DNA of 64,000 bases, from assembly GCA_039809385.1 (NCBI GenBank), contig JBDHUY010000005.1, positions 1 through 64,000 of the forward strand. The letters run 5' to 3'. Numbering within the stretch: position 1 is the stretch's first letter; every line of letters begins with the position of its first letter. Position numbers and translations under genes: made by a program. Below the pieces are notes generated by a model. That model had not been told where the DNA came from and made no database searches. It worked only from the letters and a program-made list of their open reading frames with translations. Positions 1 through 11,061 of the stretch are shown here, piece after piece. This DNA comes from Candidatus Altimarinota bacterium. GTDB lineage: Bacteria > Patescibacteriota > Gracilibacteria > JBDHUY01.

Positions 1-20
1 ATACCTACCAGAGTATGTGA

Positions 21-1259
21 GTGAATTCTGTCTCAGATTTTCCTCACCAGAAATCTTTGATTCTCCTCAATCCTATCTCACCAAATCTCTCAATCCTGTT
101 CCATTTGACTAGGGATACCCATTTTTTCCGACCGTTTGGGCGGGTGCTGAGTTCACCTCGGAGGAAAAAAGTATTTTCGTTGTTGAAAGGAATGATTCAG
201 GGGAGGAGCGTAGTCTTGTCAGAGATTGGACGAGAGGTAGAGAGCTCGATTCAACCCAAAACGTTTTGCGAGAAAACAGGGACAATGCTGTCTGGCCTGA
301 AAGACCTGTCCCTGATTCAGGCAGCCAAAGGACATGGACTGGATTTGGAGCTGCTGATCCTGGACGGCAGCGATATTCAGCGGGCCTATGCTGAGAAAAT
401 CTCCGGAGTTGTCCCTGTACGGGATGGGAGTACGGGCAATCTGTATGGTCAGGGCTATCCGCTATGCGGGATCATTGCTAAAACCAAAACAACCGATGAG
501 TATCTCCCGTTGATGCTGGAACGGTATGTGGAATCGGGATTGGATATTCCGTCCATGATCAAACGACTGCTTTCGATCATCGGGCCGGATCATGGTGCGA
601 TGTGGGTGCTGGATCGGGAATTTGATAATCGCAAGATATTTGATCTGTTGCTAGAGGAAGAGCAACAATTTCTGATACGGTTGGATCGGAAACAGAGTGA
701 ACGATTACTGGACATTCAAACCGATCCGGGAAAAAGAGAGCAATACCGGGTCTCTCAACTGACAGCGGCAATGGAAGTCGTAGGATACCGCACGGTATAT
801 TTGTCTGGGAGCAACGACCCGCTGACGCTGATTCATTACCGGTACCACCAACAGCGTGAGCCGATTGCATTGATCACGACCAAGAGCCCCAGGAGCAACC
901 AGCAAGCTCTCAAGATTGCCCGAACCTACCTGAAGCGCTGGAAGATTGAAACCTACTTTCGATTTGTAAAACAGCAATTCAATCTGGAAGAGATGATGCT
1001 GCAAGAGCCTGAACGGGTAGACGGTCTGCTGAGTATGGTTCTGATTGCCAGTGCATATGTGATGAAGATGGAGCAGAAAGAACAACGCGGGTATATCATC
1101 GACTTATACTATCAGCGCTGGCGCAAGCACAACCAAGCTCTATCCTCCTGGTCTACTATGGCCCGGTTCTTACATGAATACTTCCAGGACTGGCTCCTCT
1201 CCTTTCGCACAGTCTTTCCGACGCCGCCCTCCCATCAGCTTGCCCTCTTCTCCTCCTAA
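21..1259 (+). mobile_element. IS4-superfamily (DDE) transposase; exact start and element ends uncertain
   Basis: DDE-like motifs ILDGSD, WVLDREFD and the IS4-family Y-x2-R-W-x-I-E signature (YLKRWKIETYFRFVKQ). No convincing terminal inverted repeat pair found; the left end may lie outside the window. Confidence 0.85.
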
Positions 1260-1311
1260 AACCAATTTTGCTCTTTGAAATCTCAGGAATCTCCAGTAAA
1301 GAGCTGTAATA

Positions 1312-1340
1312 TTGCCAACCGCTTCCCGATCTGCTACAAT
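1312..1340 (+). promoter_or_regulatory. sigma70-type promoter for nusA
   Basis: TTGCCA (1312-1317), 17-bp spacer, TACAAT (1335-1340) preceded by extended -10 TGn; 54 bp before the nusA ATG. Confidence 0.65.
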
Positions 1341-1393
1341 CTTGTACGAGGATAAGCATATTATCTTTCTTTTATCTTGTCTAAAAAAACTCT

Positions 1394-2707
1394 ATGATCA
1401 AAGACATCAAAGAATTCCTGGCCGCCATAAACCAGCTGTGCGCCGAGAAAAACCTCACCAAGGACGCGGTACTCGAATCCATCAAAGCCGCCATCCGTAC
1501 CGCCTACCGCAAAGACTACGGCAGCAAAGACCAGAATATTCATGTGGACATCAACGAAGATACCGGCGTTATCGGCGTATTCGAAGTAAAAACGGTCGTT
1601 AAAAAAGTCGAGGACGAGGAAATCGAAATTTCTTTGACCGAAGCCAAAAAGTATAAAAAGAACGCCAAACTGGGCGATGAGATCATGATCGACGTGACCC
1701 CCACAGCCGACTACGGGCGCATTGCGGCGCAGTCGGCCAAACAGGTCATCATGCAGCGCGTACAGGAAGCCGAACGCGAAATGCTCTACGAAACCTTCAA
1801 AGAACGCGAAAACGAGCTGGTATCGGCTCAGGTCAGTAAAGTCGAAGGCAACCAGGTCTTCCTGGAGATCGAGCGCAATCTGGTACCGCTCCCAGTGGAA
1901 GAACGCGTGCCGGGGGAACGTTATTTTCCGGGAACCCGTCTAAAGGTATTTTTGAATAAAGTTATAAAAACAAGTAAAGGACCCTATCTGTCGATCTCGC
2001 GTAAACACCCCGAACTTGTACGCAAGCTGTTCGAAGTCGAGATTCCCGAAATCCGTAACGGCGTGGTAGAAGTAAAGAAGGTCTCACGTACCGCCGGACT
2101 GCGGAGCAAAGTGGCTGTTTCGAGCAAAGATCCCAAAGTCGATCCCATCGGAGCCTGTGTCGGACAAAAGGGCGTGCGTATTCAAAACGTTATCCGCGAG
2201 CTGAACGGCGAGATGATCGACGTGATCGAATGGTCGGATAATGCTGAGAAACTCATCCGCGCTGCTATCGCGCCGGCCAAGGTAGCCCAGATTACTCTGG
2301 CAGCCTCTCAAAGAAGAGCTACTGTTTTCGTCGAACAGGATCAGCGTCCACTGGCGATCGGCAAACAAGGACAAAATGTAAAACTGGCCTCGGAACTCAG
2401 CGAATACGAAATCGATATTCGCGATATCGCCGAATTCTCAGGGTCTAGCGAAACCTCTACTACTGATCAGACGATCGAAGAGAATAACCTGGAAGTGACG
2501 GCTGAAATTCCGGCCGACAAAGACCAGATTGAGTTGTTGGAGATAAGCGATGCTTTGAAGAAAAAGCTTACCAAAGCCGGAGTGACAAACGTATCACAAC
2601 TAACCAGAATGTCGGCAGAGGATTTAACGCAGATCGGAGGGATAGGCAAGGAAAGTGCCAAAAAGATCAAAGAAGCGGTACATGCGTATGCGAGCACTTT
2701 CGCGTAA
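1394..2707 (+). CDS. nusA: Transcription termination/antitermination factor NusA
   Basis: NusA N-domain, YGRIAAQSAKQVIMQR, S1 domain, KH motifs DPIGACVGQKGVRI and AIGKQGQNVKLA, C-terminal HhH (IGGIG). Confidence 0.97.
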   Translation: MIKDIKEFLAAINQLCAEKNLTKDAVLESIKAAIRTAYRKDYGSKDQNIHVDINEDTGVIGVFEVKTVVKKVEDEEIEISLTEAKKYKKNAKLGDEIMIDVTPTADYGRIAAQSAKQVIMQRVQEAEREMLYETFKERENELVSAQVSKVEGNQVFLEIERNLVPLPVEERVPGERYFPGTRLKVFLNKVIKTSKGPYLSISRKHPELVRKLFEVEIPEIRNGVVEVKKVSRTAGLRSKVAVSSKDPKVDPIGACVGQKGVRIQNVIRELNGEMIDVIEWSDNAEKLIRAAIAPAKVAQITLAASQRRATVFVEQDQRPLAIGKQGQNVKLASELSEYEIDIRDIAEFSGSSETSTTDQTIEENNLEVTAEIPADKDQIELLEISDALKKKLTKAGVTNVSQLTRMSAEDLTQIGGIGKESAKKIKEAVHAYASTFA

Positions 2708-2934
2708 AGTAAAGGACAGGGAACCTGGGGAACCATGTCTATTGAATAATACGAAGATACGATTTTTTATATTTTTGCTTGCTTTTTGGGAAACATAATG
2801 TATATTAGGAAACGATGTAGCTGAATTTTGTAAAGAACTAAGCGCATCGTCCGAAATGATTCTGTGGTATACTGAAACGATATCCGCGATTATTTTACCT
2901 TGGCGCTTTCTGCCAACCAGTCTCGAGCGGGACT

Positions 2935-4218
2935 TTGATAAAGCCCCTCACGACCGCTTTCGACCGGCTAAAAGAAGCAAGGAGTTTGTCTATAAGTAAC
3001 GTCAACAAGCTGGCCCAGAAACTGCGACACGCCAAAGTGACGCAGCTGAGTCCAACAACTACTACTGTCGAGAAAAAGGAGCGAAAAAGCGTTTCTCTTG
3101 TTCAAATTACGCGTGTAATTCACGGCAGACCGCTACGGCTCAAAGTTCTTGCGCTGAGTATGGTAGGTCTGTTTCTTCTTTCTACGAATATTGTCGCCGG
3201 AGGCTCCTTTCTGGAAGGCGCTTCCAACGAAGAAGGCGAAGACGTGGCTTCTCTGATCGATCCCGATGCTCTGTTGGATGTACCCGTTACCGCGGCTACG
3301 ACCGACGGTTTTCTCTTTATGGGCAACAAGGCTTTGGCCCAGGGGGAGAATCAGCGCGGTAGCATGAACGAGATCATTCAGTATACGGTTCAACCCGGGG
3401 ATACGCTCTCAGGTATTGCGACGCGTTTTGATCTAAAGACCGATACATTGGAATTTGCCAATAATATTGCCGACGACAGTAAGATCCGCGTCGGACAGAC
3501 TTTAAAAATACCGCCGGTCGACGGTTTGGTAGTTAATGTAGATAAAGGAACAAATCTCGACGATATTGCCAAAAAGTATAAAATCGACAAGCAAATTATT
3601 ATTGCTCAAAACAGTCTAAACGGCGAACAACTGACCCCGGGGTCCCGGCTAATCATACCGGGAGCCAAGCCTATAGTGGTAGCACCTCCGGTTGCTATTG
3701 CTAAAGCTGACACGACTAAAAAAGGCTCGGCTTCCAAAACAGCTCCGCGATATGCCAGTCTGACACCTCCTTCAAGCAGCTCGACCAAAACGATTAAGAA
3801 AGTAGCGAGTGAGGGCTCGGGAGCCAGCTCAGCCTCAGGATGTCAGGGTTTTGCCTGGCCGATTGCCGGAGGCAGCCGAATTACCCAGCGCTTCAGCTCT
3901 AAACATAACGCGCTCGATATTCAGAGTTACTCGCTGGCTGCCACGATTTTGGCTGCAGATGACGGGACAGTCGAGCTGGTAAATTACGGGTACAGCGGCG
4001 GATATGGAAATACGCTGGTAGTCAATCACGGAAACGGTTATAAAACGCGTTATGCACACTTGAGCGAGATCTATGTAGAACCCGGGACCAAAGTAACCAA
4101 AGGATCGGCTCTGGGAAAAGAAGGCCGTACCGGACGCGTATACGGAAAGACCGGTATTCATCTCCATTTTATGGTGATGAAGGACGGCAAAGCACTGAAC
4201 GGTCTATCCTGTTATTAA
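2935..4218 (+). CDS. Membrane-anchored LysM x2 + M23 peptidase
   Basis: TM segment, LysM (YTVQPGDTLSGIA), M23 Zn motifs HNALD, YAHL, TGIHLHF. Start codon uncertain. Confidence 0.9.
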   Translation: MIKPLTTAFDRLKEARSLSISNVNKLAQKLRHAKVTQLSPTTTTVEKKERKSVSLVQITRVIHGRPLRLKVLALSMVGLFLLSTNIVAGGSFLEGASNEEGEDVASLIDPDALLDVPVTAATTDGFLFMGNKALAQGENQRGSMNEIIQYTVQPGDTLSGIATRFDLKTDTLEFANNIADDSKIRVGQTLKIPPVDGLVVNVDKGTNLDDIAKKYKIDKQIIIAQNSLNGEQLTPGSRLIIPGAKPIVVAPPVAIAKADTTKKGSASKTAPRYASLTPPSSSSTKTIKKVASEGSGASSASGCQGFAWPIAGGSRITQRFSSKHNALDIQSYSLAATILAADDGTVELVNYGYSGGYGNTLVVNHGNGYKTRYAHLSEIYVEPGTKVTKGSALGKEGRTGRVYGKTGIHLHFMVMKDGKALNGLSCY

Positions 4219-4629
4219 AAGGAAGCTTTATCCTTCAGAAAATGAGATGCTATATCGTTGTGGTATAGCTCTTTTATACTTAATGTAACCCACATTACGA
4301 GATACATTTTACTTGTGGGTGAAGAAAGCATGTAGCGCTGTAAAAGTAAGGAAAAAAACTGACACAACACCATAAGGGGATGCTCTGTTTACACAGAATT
4401 GAGGCAGACACATAGTAAAATTCCCGGCATCGACAGCCGCTGAAGAGTTTTTTCACAACGATACTTCAAGTTAGCTTGGCAAGTTTGTATGCCTGCAAAC
4501 AAGCTTGCCATACTCTGGAAGACAAAGACTCTCCATGAAAAAGATGTACGACTTAGGAACAGGAAAAGTACCCCTGATCGATGAGCTAGCACACAAGGAT
4601 TCAATCCCTTTCTCCTTTGGAAAGTACCT

Positions 4630-4869
4630 ATGAAACTTATCAATAAAACCGCTATCGGACTGCTGACGATGTATCAAAAAACGCTTTCGCCCGATCATGG
4701 CTTCCTGAAAGCGCTTTTTCCCAACGGCTATTGTAAATTTTATCCTTCTTGCTCACAATATGGGGTTGAGGCGTTCGAAAAATACACTTTTTTGAAAGCG
4801 CTGGGAAAAACCTCGTGGCGGGTCATGCGCTGCAATCCGTGGGCTGCCGGAGGAGAAGACAAACCTTAA
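4630..4869 (+). CDS. yidD: Membrane protein insertion efficiency factor YidD
   Basis: YQKTLSP...CKFYPSCSQY...RVMRCNPW..GG.D, with the three conserved Cys. Confidence 0.93.
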   Translation: MKLINKTAIGLLTMYQKTLSPDHGFLKALFPNGYCKFYPSCSQYGVEAFEKYTFLKALGKTSWRVMRCNPWAAGGEDKP

Positions 4870-4892
4870 AATTCAACCCACGAGCCCCACCG

Positions 4893-5576
4893 CTATTTAC
4901 CGAAATTACGCTGGGTACTATTATAATATTCGATGGCAGCACTGAGATCTTTTTCTCCAAAATCGGGCCATAACGTATCGGAAAAATAGAGTTCGGAGTA
5001 GCCCGACTGCCAAGGGTAAAAACCGGAAAGCCGTTTATTCCCCCCGGTGCGAACGATCAGATCCGGGTGCGGAATACCGGCAGTATCCAAATGCTGCTCT
5101 ATAAGACTGTCGGTCAACTCTTCGTTAGAAATACCGGCTTTGAGTAAGGAGGAAAAAGTCCGTCTGATTTCGTCGTGACCGCCATAGTTGATGGCGAAGA
5201 TCAGGGTCGCTTTGGTGTTGTCTTTGGTAGATTCCACTGTCTCCAGTAAGGACTTTTGAGAGCGTTGTGGCAGGGCGCTTATATCTCCGGTAATCCGAAA
5301 ACAGACCCCTTCCTTATGAAGTTTGGTGATCTTTTTAGGCGCTTCCTCGATCAAGCGATATAAGAACTGCAGTTCGGTGTTGGAGCGCTCTTTCACGTTC
5401 TCGGTCGATAGCACCCAGAACGTTAGAAAAGGGATATTTCGTTTGATACAGAGTTCGGTAATATATTCCACATTGTCGGCCCCGGCTTTATGACCGAAAA
5501 AAGCCAGCTGACTACGCTCTTTGGCCCAGCGACGGTTGCCGTCAATAATAAAGGCAATGTGTTGTAATTCATTCAT
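4893..5576 (-). CDS. uppS: Undecaprenyl diphosphate synthase (cis-prenyltransferase)
   Basis: HIAFIIDGNRRWA, LSTEN, AINYGG, PDLIVRTGG..RLSGF, LWPDF, RNFG. Confidence 0.96.
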   Translation of the reverse strand: MNELQHIAFIIDGNRRWAKERSQLAFFGHKAGADNVEYITELCIKRNIPFLTFWVLSTENVKERSNTELQFLYRLIEEAPKKITKLHKEGVCFRITGDISALPQRSQKSLLETVESTKDNTKATLIFAINYGGHDEIRRTFSSLLKAGISNEELTDSLIEQHLDTAGIPHPDLIVRTGGNKRLSGFYPWQSGYSELYFSDTLWPDFGEKDLSAAIEYYNSTQRNFGK

Positions 5577-5756
5577 AAAGAAGCTATAGAAAATATCTGA
5601 AGAGGACAGAACAAAAACATTACATTTTCAATAAATCCTAAGTACACATTTTTAAAAATTATACGGATCGTCTACATAATAATTTTGTTAGAATTTCGTT
5701 TGCAGAATTGAGGATTTGACGTTTTAATCCGAGATACGCAAGCGTCTATGTCAGAG

Positions 5757-6341
5757 CTATGACAACTTTTTATAGGTCATTTTTTTGAGTCCCTGCCACC
5801 AGTCGGTAAAACTTTTTTGTTTCATCGAAGCCAGAATATTTTTAGCGCTTTCGGTTTCAAGCGCCTTTTCTACACTATCGATTATCTCGGTGGTTTTATA
5901 GCCTAACTCGGCGTATTCATGGGCTTGAAAAGCGGTTTCGAGCCAGTCTGCATCTTTGGCGACAACTCCTTCTCTGGTATCGCGTTGTTCGTAAGCGTCG
6001 AAAAATGCGGCAAAGTCTTGTTGAACTGACTGAGGTAACAGCCCGATCTGCTCGGAAAATGCCTGAAATTCAGCTTCTTTACTGGAAAGGTAGCGGGCCG
6101 AAACTTTATGCCGATCCTGAATACGCGCTTCGGCATTGTCATGGATAAGGGCGATACAAGCAGTTTTATAAGGATCAATCCCTTCCAAAACCGCCAATAA
6201 AAAGGCTATTTGGGCAGTACGGAACGCGTGCTCGCCTACCGAATCGGGGTCTTTTACTCCCGAAAGCATAAAACCGTTATGTCGTTCACGTTTCAGTTGT
6301 CCCAATTCAAAGACAAAATCAACAATCGCCTCTATATTCAT
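5757..6341 (-). CDS. HD-domain hydrolase (YfbR/HDDC2-like)
   Basis: LKRERHNG, DSVGEHAFR, ALIHDNAEA, KDADWLE. Confidence 0.88.
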   Translation of the reverse strand: MNIEAIVDFVFELGQLKRERHNGFMLSGVKDPDSVGEHAFRTAQIAFLLAVLEGIDPYKTACIALIHDNAEARIQDRHKVSARYLSSKEAEFQAFSEQIGLLPQSVQQDFAAFFDAYEQRDTREGVVAKDADWLETAFQAHEYAELGYKTTEIIDSVEKALETESAKNILASMKQKSFTDWWQGLKKMTYKKLS

Positions 6342-6555
6342 AAGGGAGAATCACCGGAACAAAAAATCAAAGCTCCTGCATATTGTAAACGGTAAAGGGA
6401 GCGTTTTCAACATAGTTTTGGCAATGCGATACTACCGCGCAATCAGAATGATATCTCCCCAACTCCGGGATTTGAAACAATCTCGCTTAATTAGTTACCA
6501 TAAAAAATCCCTCGTAACAGATACTATCAGATCAGATACGAAAAAGAATGAGCAA

Positions 6556-9500
6556 CTAGGCAGTAACACTCCGCTGCAGCTTCATTTTCTCCTCGATCGT
6601 TTTGGCATTTTTTCCCTCGATCAAACGATTGAGTGCCGCTTTGAGTCCCTCGTACCAGTCTAATCCCAGATCTTTTACCCGAATTTTGAGTTTGTCACCG
6701 CTGATGATCCAGGCTGAGCCGTTTTGAGGATCCTGCAGCAGATTCATAACCTGATAGGGCGTAAAACGTTTGGACATATGCAATTCCAGGAAACGTTCCT
6801 GGAGGGTATAACTGACAATGCGAACAGCCAAAAGAGCTGCGGATTTGGCCAGGCTTTTGACTTCCAGTACGCGGAAAAGGTTTTTAACTTCTTCAGGCAG
6901 GAGTCCGTATTCGTCGTGCAGATTTTGCTTGAGTTCTTTGAGCTCGTCGAGAGAATCCATCGACGACATTTTTTGGTAAATCGCAATCTTTTCTTTGTAA
7001 TCGGGGATAAACGTTTCGGGAATAAAACTGGTAAGCGGCAATTCCACAGTCACATTCTCTTCGGGTTTTACTTCAAGCTCTTCGCTGTAAGTGCCGGCTT
7101 TCATATCTTCAATCGTCTGGTTGAGCATACGGATAAAATGGCTGACCCCGACCGATTTGATCACTCCATGCTGATTTGCCCCCAGAATATCGCCAGCACC
7201 GCGGATTTCCAGGTCTTTCATAGCGATCTGAAAACCGCTCCCAAGTTCGGAAGCCTCGACGATTGCCCGTAAACGTTTTTTGGCATCGGGACTGAGACGC
7301 TGCCCGGAATAGAGCAAATAGGTATAAGCCTGTTTTTTGCTGCGCCCGACCCGGCCACGCAGCTGATAGAGCTGGGAAAGTCCAAACTGGTCCGAATTGT
7401 TGACGATCAGCGTATTGGCATTCGGCAGATCAATACCGTTTTCAATGATGGTAGAGCTAACTAAAACGTCGAATTTACCTTCTTTGAAGTCCAGGATACG
7501 CTCTTCGAGCAGTTTGTTATCCATCTGCCCGTGAGCTACTACGAAACGGGCTTCGGGAATCAAAAAACGCAATTTATCGGCAACCCCTTCGATCGTCTGC
7601 ACTTTATTATGTAAAAAATAGACTTGGCCCTGACGTTTAAGCTCAGCCAGAATTGCGTCGCGGATGAGCTGCTCGTTGTATTTGCGTACCTCGGTGATAA
7701 TCGGCAAACGCCCCGGGGGTGGCGTGGTTATCGTAGTAATATCCCGTAATTTGTTCAAACTCATGTTGAGCGTACGCGGAATCGGCGTGGCTGTAAGCGT
7801 CAAAATATGGACGTTACAGCGCATCTCTTTGAGCCGTTCCTTTTGCTTGACACCGAATTTTTGTTCTTCGTCCACGATCATGAGACCCAGATCTTTGAAT
7901 TTGACGTCTTCCTGCAATAAACGATGGGTACCGATAACGATATCGATATTGCCTTTTTCCAGTTCTTCGAGCGTCCTATTCTGCTCTTTGGGTGTCTGAA
8001 AACGGCTCATCATAGCGATCCGGACGTTAAAATCGCGCATACGCTTGATAAAGGTCTTGTAGTGCTGATCGGTCAGGATGGTAACGGGGGAAATAAAAGC
8101 GACCTGTTTGCCAGTGATAAAGGCTTTAAAAGCGGCTCGTAAGGCCACTTCGGTCTTGCCGAAACCGACATCACCGCAGACCAGGCGATCCATGGGCACG
8201 GCCTTTTCCAGATCCTCTTTGACTTCCTTGATCGCTTTCATTTGGCCGGGGGTCTCTTCATACGCAAAAGTTTCTTCAAACAGCCGTTGCTCTTTTGTAT
8301 CGGGCAAGAGAGCATATCCCTGGGCTAGTTTGCGTTTGGCGTACAGTGCCAGCAACTCCTTTGCGATCTTTTCGGTCTCTTTACGCACCTTTTTGTTTAC
8401 CAGTGCCCATTCGCCCGAGTCGAGCCGGGTAAGTTTTGGTTCCCGTTCCTCGTCGCCGGCGATAAAGCGGTTGACTTTTCCGGCCTGGTCAGTAGGGATA
8501 AACAGTTTGTCGTTGCCGGCGTACTGGATAGCAATATATTCTTTGGTAATCCCATCAATGGTTTTCTTGTCGATACCGATAAAGCGTCCGATACCGTGAT
8601 CGTTATGAACCACATAATCGCCGGGTTTCAGACTAGTCAAAAAATCCAGAACGGTCTTTTGATCGACCAAACTGCTTTTTTTCTTGATCCGAAAGATCTC
8701 GCGATCAGTGAGAACGGCGATCTTGGTCCCGGTATTTTGAAACGAACGCGGTACGGTTTGTTCTTCTTCGAACGGCAGTAACACAATCCCTCGTTCGTGC
8801 TCTTTCAAATAGTCGGACGAAAAAGAGTAAGGCAATTCGTAATCGTCTAGTATATTGGCTATCTCCGTTTTATTTTTGGTCATCAGTACCGTTTTCCAGC
8901 CCGAAATATATTTTTCCTTTAGATCGTTGGTGAAATCGGTGATCGAATAATATTTCAGGACGGATAAATAACGCAGATGTTCGTAGTGGTCGTCTTCATC
9001 CGGAAAAGACGTTATTTTCAGATGAAGAAGGGATTTACGGGCATGTATCGATTTGGTAAAATCTCCATAAAATGCTTCGTCGTGCAGGTCAATTTCATCG
9101 GTAATGACCAGACAGTTTTCGGGAATATAGGAAACAAGTGATGTTTCCTGCAAGAGAAAGCGGGTGGGATAGAGCGTGAATGTCTCGATCTCTTTGATAT
9201 CTTTCGTCGTCTGATTCAGTGCAAAGAGAGCGTCGATCTGGTTATCGAGCAGATCGATTTTATATAGTTCGGCGGAACCGGGATTGACCGAAAGGGGCGC
9301 AATATTAATGCTGCCGCCTTCCATTCGGTAGGTACCGGGGGGTAAAAAAGCATCCTGATTGGGACGGTAGCCCATTTCCAGCAGCCGCTCGTAGAGATCC
9401 TTCAGCAGAACCGTATCGCCGCGCGACAGAACGAACGATTCCTGGCGAAGATGGTCGGGGTACGGTACCGGACTTTGTAAAAAATCGGATGTTGTGATAA

Positions 9501-9828
9501 CAAAGCGAGACGGAGCAAACAGCGTTTCCTGCGTAGTCATGAATTCGAGGCGTCGGCTTTGGGTTTCGGGATCGAGAGCGGAAAATAAACGAGGCTCCAG
9601 ATGGTTAAAAAGGGAAAGCGAAACGGTCAGTTCGGCCAGTTCGTTTTCATCGTGCACGACAAAAAGAACCGGATGCTTGGAAAAAGAGCGGTAGATATCC
9701 TGCAGGAAAAACGCTTTCGACATGGGGGCGCCGATACCCGAAACGACAGCGCGCTGCGTTGTTTTGAGTTGATCGACAATCGATGGATGGACGTTGTCCG
9801 GAAAGATTCCGGAAAGAATTCCTTTCAA
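6556..9828 (-). CDS. mfd: Transcription-repair coupling factor Mfd
   Basis: RID (GDYVVHNDHGIGRF), CGDVGFGKTEVA, VDEEQKFG, LTATPIPRTL, QLRGRVGRS, DLEIRGAG, C-terminal TRCF domain. Confidence 0.97.
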   Translation of the reverse strand: MKGILSGIFPDNVHPSIVDQLKTTQRAVVSGIGAPMSKAFFLQDIYRSFSKHPVLFVVHDENELAELTVSLSLFNHLEPRLFSALDPETQSRRLEFMTTQETLFAPSRFVITTSDFLQSPVPYPDHLRQESFVLSRGDTVLLKDLYERLLEMGYRPNQDAFLPPGTYRMEGGSINIAPLSVNPGSAELYKIDLLDNQIDALFALNQTTKDIKEIETFTLYPTRFLLQETSLVSYIPENCLVITDEIDLHDEAFYGDFTKSIHARKSLLHLKITSFPDEDDHYEHLRYLSVLKYYSITDFTNDLKEKYISGWKTVLMTKNKTEIANILDDYELPYSFSSDYLKEHERGIVLLPFEEEQTVPRSFQNTGTKIAVLTDREIFRIKKKSSLVDQKTVLDFLTSLKPGDYVVHNDHGIGRFIGIDKKTIDGITKEYIAIQYAGNDKLFIPTDQAGKVNRFIAGDEEREPKLTRLDSGEWALVNKKVRKETEKIAKELLALYAKRKLAQGYALLPDTKEQRLFEETFAYEETPGQMKAIKEVKEDLEKAVPMDRLVCGDVGFGKTEVALRAAFKAFITGKQVAFISPVTILTDQHYKTFIKRMRDFNVRIAMMSRFQTPKEQNRTLEELEKGNIDIVIGTHRLLQEDVKFKDLGLMIVDEEQKFGVKQKERLKEMRCNVHILTLTATPIPRTLNMSLNKLRDITTITTPPPGRLPIITEVRKYNEQLIRDAILAELKRQGQVYFLHNKVQTIEGVADKLRFLIPEARFVVAHGQMDNKLLEERILDFKEGKFDVLVSSTIIENGIDLPNANTLIVNNSDQFGLSQLYQLRGRVGRSKKQAYTYLLYSGQRLSPDAKKRLRAIVEASELGSGFQIAMKDLEIRGAGDILGANQHGVIKSVGVSHFIRMLNQTIEDMKAGTYSEELEVKPEENVTVELPLTSFIPETFIPDYKEKIAIYQKMSSMDSLDELKELKQNLHDEYGLLPEEVKNLFRVLEVKSLAKSAALLAVRIVSYTLQERFLELHMSKRFTPYQVMNLLQDPQNGSAWIISGDKLKIRVKDLGLDWYEGLKAALNRLIEGKNAKTIEEKMKLQRSVTA

Positions 9829-10029
9829 CCTGAAAAAACCTTATGGATAAAACCTTTTATACCTTTATAAAGACCCCCTTAAAATAAAGGGGCGAAACCG
9901 ATATACCGAAAGAGGAACAAGTGCCATTGTACGGAAAATCAGATCGGACCGCAAGACGTTATAAAAATTACCATCCTGCTAACCTTCTAGTATCTATCTT
10001 GGCAAAAAACTATGCTGGAGTATGTAAGA

Positions 10030-11061
10030 TTATCTCTTCTCCTCTACTATGACTGGGCCGTGCTCTTGAATCGTGATATAGTCGTCTGAAAAATGAATAT
10101 CCTTCAGAGGAATACTTGTACCATTCTCACCATTTGAAATTTTTCGTTTTTCATTGCCTGAAGCTTTCCTTATTGGTCCCAAAATTGTACGCACGGGCCA
10201 CAAGATACCCCGTCCAAGTTTTGTAAAGAAAGTACGTATCCCGGAGGGTTTTGTCTTAGGGGGAACAACCGGCTGTTCCGGTGCCTGTTCTGGTGAAGCG
10301 GGCGGAATCAATGGGCTGTTGTTATGTAATACCGTAGAACCATAGGGAACATACCATTGATCAGCAATCTCTACATCCTTAAACGTTGGTACAGAAGTTG
10401 TCACTTCATTATTTCCAGATGAAGGAGAATTATCAGATATGAGAAGGTTACTTCCAAATTCTGTAAAGATAGAACCATCATCTGTATATTTCTGATCGGT
10501 TGGAGGTGTCTGAGAATTTGTATTATCTTTTGGAACTTTGGCAGTAACAATTACGAAACCTGGATCATTACTAGTCGTAAACGTTACTGTGTAGGGACGC
10601 ATCTTTGTATAATGTCTTGCATCGGAAGAAGACGAAGACGGAACGGACAAGTAAATCCAATATGAACCATTCGGCTGCTGGACAACTTTCGAAAAGGGCA
10701 TACCTGATTCACGCCAAAATGTAATTCCTTCGGACGAAGTGCTAATCAGAACATCCAGATTCACGTGGCCATCATTCTTTAAATAAAGAACATTCTTAGT
10801 ATTGGCAGGAAGTTCGATAATACGTACCTGATCGGAAAGGGGAACTTCAATATTTTTTTGCCGGTTCGCGCTCTCCGTTTGAGAAGGTTCTACGATGACA
10901 GTTTGGGTTTCCATGACTCGTTTAATCTTGTCCGGAACACCGGGAAATCCATCTTCTACATGTCGAACTTCCTCACCATTGTTTTTATGATTTGAGGAAG
11001 AGAGCAAAGAAGAATCGAACGACGGCAGGTCGACAGCGGGCGGGGTAGTTGAGAGAGCCAT
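10030..11061 (-). CDS. Hypothetical protein, Ser/Pro/Thr-rich
   Basis: 343-aa open frame filling the mfd-dnaN gap; no family recognised. Confidence 0.6.
   Translation of the reverse strand: MALSTTPPAVDLPSFDSSLLSSSNHKNNGEEVRHVEDGFPGVPDKIKRVMETQTVIVEPSQTESANRQKNIEVPLSDQVRIIELPANTKNVLYLKNDGHVNLDVLISTSSEGITFWRESGMPFSKVVQQPNGSYWIYLSVPSSSSSDARHYTKMRPYTVTFTTSNDPGFVIVTAKVPKDNTNSQTPPTDQKYTDDGSIFTEFGSNLLISDNSPSSGNNEVTTSVPTFKDVEIADQWYVPYGSTVLHNNSPLIPPASPEQAPEQPVVPPKTKPSGIRTFFTKLGRGILWPVRTILGPIRKASGNEKRKISNGENGTSIPLKDIHFSDDYITIQEHGPVIVEEKR

Noticed and set aside
1-1300. Terminal inverted repeats and target duplication of the IS4-like element
   Set aside because: Only a weak partial match (TCTCAGATTT vs AAATCTCAGG); the ends cannot be defined within this window.
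2788-2815. dif-like 28-mer GGGAAACATAA-TGTATA-TTAGGAAACGA
   Set aside because: The core matches E. coli dif but the outer arms do not. It lies about 10 kb from the probable origin and overlaps a plausible TTGCTT-16-TATATT promoter for the LysM-M23 gene.
2812-2930. Possible c-di-AMP (ydaO) riboswitch before the cell-wall hydrolase
   Set aside because: Only GCTGAAT and one stem (ACGATG/CATCGT) are present; the GGGGGA-CC and GUCAGCUAAC elements are missing.
4376-4616. tmRNA (GGGGATG ... TCTCC with G3-U70-like pairing)
   Set aside because: Only about 240 nt, imperfect acceptor and T arms, no A discriminator or CCA, and no tag frame ending in Ala-Ala-stop.
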